This document shows positions 61,029 to 64,000 of a DNA stretch of 64,000 nucleotides, in pieces (within the stretch, counting starts at the first letter, position 1; every line of letters begins with the position of its first letter). Where the stretch lies: the NCBI GenBank assembly GCA_040954595.2, contig CM082594.2, positions 5,961,962 through 6,025,961 on the forward strand, written 5' to 3'. Both the position numbers and the translations under genes were made by a program. The notes beneath the pieces were generated by a model. It saw nothing but the letters and a program-made list of their open reading frames with translations. It searched no databases and was not told the DNA's origin. This stretch comes from Balanoglossus misakiensis. Its lineage: Eukaryota; Animalia; Hemichordata.

Positions 61029-64000
61029 AATGTGATTATGAACTTTTGTTGGATTGTCACCGGATGGAACTGGGTCGCATTCAATGCAAATATACAAAAT
61101 TCAAGGGTTTCACAGCGTGGAAAAAGCACATGTCCATTTTCTGCCTGGGGCAACGGTTTTGTTTATACGTAGTCACCACGTATGAGTGTACATGACCAGC
61201 AGACTGACAATTTGAAAGAAAAGGGAAACTAAAATCACCATGGGATCGTGATACAGATCTCTCTCCATCTCCACAAATTTGTAGAAATTAGTTTGATTAC
61301 CAGAATGGCTGTACCAAACGATGTGACCGCCGAAGGATCATGGGCATATCACGCACAGCCCGGTTAAAAATAGACTGCTTAAATCTAACGATATGCGTGT
61401 ACGTACAAACCAAAGCAAAAAGTACATTCATAAAGAACGATTGTTTTTAAAAACAAAAATAGAAACGCCAAATAATGACTTGGTTTTGCGTTATTCCTCA
61501 CCATGTGCGACGGTGTACTTTAGTTTAGAGTCAATCTGATTAAAATCAGATGTAGGGTACGGCGACGTATTTTACTTCGCGGTGCGGTATTCTTTTGCTG
61601 TCGCCCCACACTACAAGGTTAAGAGTTAATATCTATGCGATCTTGTATTTTGAACACAGACATTCTCTGAAATTCAGAAATCGTTTTCATGTGCCGTGTG
61701 CGCCTTTTAACACGTGCGTGAGCACTTTTTTTAACAGGCACAAAATTCCAAGTTCTTACACACTTGCCACGGTAAGGTAATATATTTTATTTTTAGGGGG
61801 CGGGCGGTGGATGACCTCCGCGAAATTGCCGCAAATAATCTAATCACGGGGATTGGATGGAATCGTCGCCAACATTTATCGAAACTCAATTACCTTTTTT
61901 GCAGTACAGAAAGATCAAAAGATTGTGATATTTAATAGTTTAACTTCTAATGAGGCTCGCAAAATATGTATTTTGATGACAGGTTGTTGCCCTAGCCTCC
62001 CCCGTTTAACGCTTAAACGCCGCTGGGGGAATAAATTATGATCATGCATCCAATTTGTATGCAAATCTCAATTGAAGACGATGGCCAGCTCAGTGCTATC
62101 CCGGGATTTCATCGATATAACTGTCAGATTTTCATTTCTTTCTTGCAGTGTAATAGCAAGGACGCGCGGAGGCAATGTAAAATAAAAATAAAATGGCCAG
62201 CAAGCGACGGTGGTCGTTATCACAGCCTGTATATCACAGTATGAAACGACAGACTTGGCGGGGTCCTCCGAAATTACTAGGTACAAGGCTATGTCTGTCT
62301 GGCTTTGGAGACTCATCAGTCGCCAGAGTTTGTTTTCAGTGTCGTGGCAGAACGCGATGCCATTTTTTTCTAGTTATATTTTCCTTTTCTGGCACCCACT
62401 GGCGCAGGACAGAAAGTTATTAGGGTTTTTGCCCCGTGTGGCGAGTTCCGCAAATGATTAGATCGAATATATTCTCGTTTATCTCCGTTTAACGCCAAAC
62501 TGTCGTGCTCTATCGCTGCTTTACAAAACGCAATAATGACGGTCGGTTTGATAACAGTGTCTCCATCTCTCGTCGACTTGGCCAATTCTACCTGAGAGTC
62601 GCAGATTTTCTTATCAGAGCATGAGTGTTTCTAACGAAAGTACTAGAAATGTTTGAAATTGTTGGCCAGGCAAAAAATGCAAACGTAGATATAGTCTTCT
62701 ATGTTGGTTACACGGTGTATATAGAATAATTCTTCGTGTGACGTCATACCGTTCAATGAGATCCCTTCATTACTGGACAGACAAAATGGCCATCAATGCA
62801 TATTTTTAATTTGGAGCATTCCCGGCCAAGTCGATCTCTAATTTGAGTGTGACAATGTCTCGTGTTCGCATGTAAGGGGTTAAATTGCCCCATATATGGG
62901 ACGCTTTAGTTGGTGATCGTTAAAAGCAATCGATTTGTTGTACAAGTAACAACTGCTGGTTTCGTGACGCCAGCACAAAATCAAGAAATATGGACGCAAT
63001 CTGTGGGAACGAATCGAACTGGGTGGACCGGTATTACCAATTACATACTCGGTTCGGTCGATGGACTAGCATTTTCTTCGAGCAGGAGGCCGAAAAGCGC
63101 GGCACTCTCTTCTAGTTTCTGCGCATATATGAACATCCTCGAACCCTGTCGCCAGAAACGAGGCCATCTCTAATCGGCTTTTTTCGAGTCGCTGATTAAA
63201 TAGTTACTGCTTAGATAACGACAGGAGGTTTTAATGTTGAATTTTTGATATTACCAATAAAAGTTTAAATTTGAGATATCGACGCGAGATAGGGGGATGC
63301 TGTACACTCCCTGGGGACTGGGGAAAGTGAGAGCACTCGTTGACTCCAATTATGTCAAGCTCCCAGAACTTCGACCGTCGCGCGGTCAACTCGATAATGA
63401 CACATGTACTGATATGAAACCAGGCATAAAATCAGCTACATCAACTCCAGAAGGGCCGCGGCACTTTCCATGAGAATATCTTACATGACAGCCTCGTACG
63501 GGAGAATCGAGGAAGGGCACTCTGTTTTACTTGACTTCGGAAAGTGCTCATATAGTAGCTATTCACAGCCACCGTGACGTCGACTGGATGCAATAATCGA
63601 GAAAATGTACATTTATTGAGCTAATGATAATCAGCTATATGAACGCGCCTCTTAGTGGCCCAGCAACTTTCCAATCCGCGGAGCTACTCCGCGACGTCAC
63701 ACGCTGACTATCTGAGCAACGTCTGCTGCTCAGTTGTGCAAATGCTCTCTCTCTCTCTCCGGGCCGGCGCCACTCATGTCTGTCTGCGGCGATAAATCAA
63801 ATCTTTAAATTGAAATTAACTATTCCATATTGCGACATGTGTGCGACGTGTAATGGAAAGCGCGGTTCAATAAATATTATTCTCTTGAAAGATATCCCGG
63901 CATTCGGCTCGTGAATTTCCCTTTAATCTTTCTTTGCAATCGATTATGATCTTGATATTGCTTAGGGATTCACTATGTACAGATGACGGATTGGTGGGCT

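Noticed and set aside
60863-64000. Ectodomain exons of gene 2
   Set aside because: No WPG/PxCG or other ANF-receptor peptide found by eye; presumably beyond the window.

Overview
Eukaryotic (probably invertebrate animal) genomic DNA: spliceosomal GT-AG introns and no obvious CpG depletion. (1) Bases 1-12707 are a highly homogeneous 88-bp AT-rich satellite array (~144 monomers). It ends abruptly in exactly three inverted, diverged 88-bp monomers (12707-12976). (2) A complete 21-exon natriuretic-peptide-receptor-type (NPR-A/B-like) membrane guanylyl cyclase gene lies on the + strand (CDS 22708-41257, 1067 aa by manual splicing). (3) A second, old paralogous receptor guanylyl cyclase lies on the - strand, tail-to-tail with the first. 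Its 16 in-window exons run from the transmembrane exon at 60862 to the stop at 44700; the ectodomain exons were not found and probably lie beyond the window. Introns carry decayed LINE, Penelope-like and SINE-like remnants. Most notable: the convergent orphan receptor-GC pair, 105 consecutive G/C-ending codons in exon 1, an in-frame stop-free intron in the kinase-homology activation loop, the inverted satellite cap, a candidate spliced transcript ending at the array edge, and an RFX X-box cluster. All calls are from manual reading; no searches were run.
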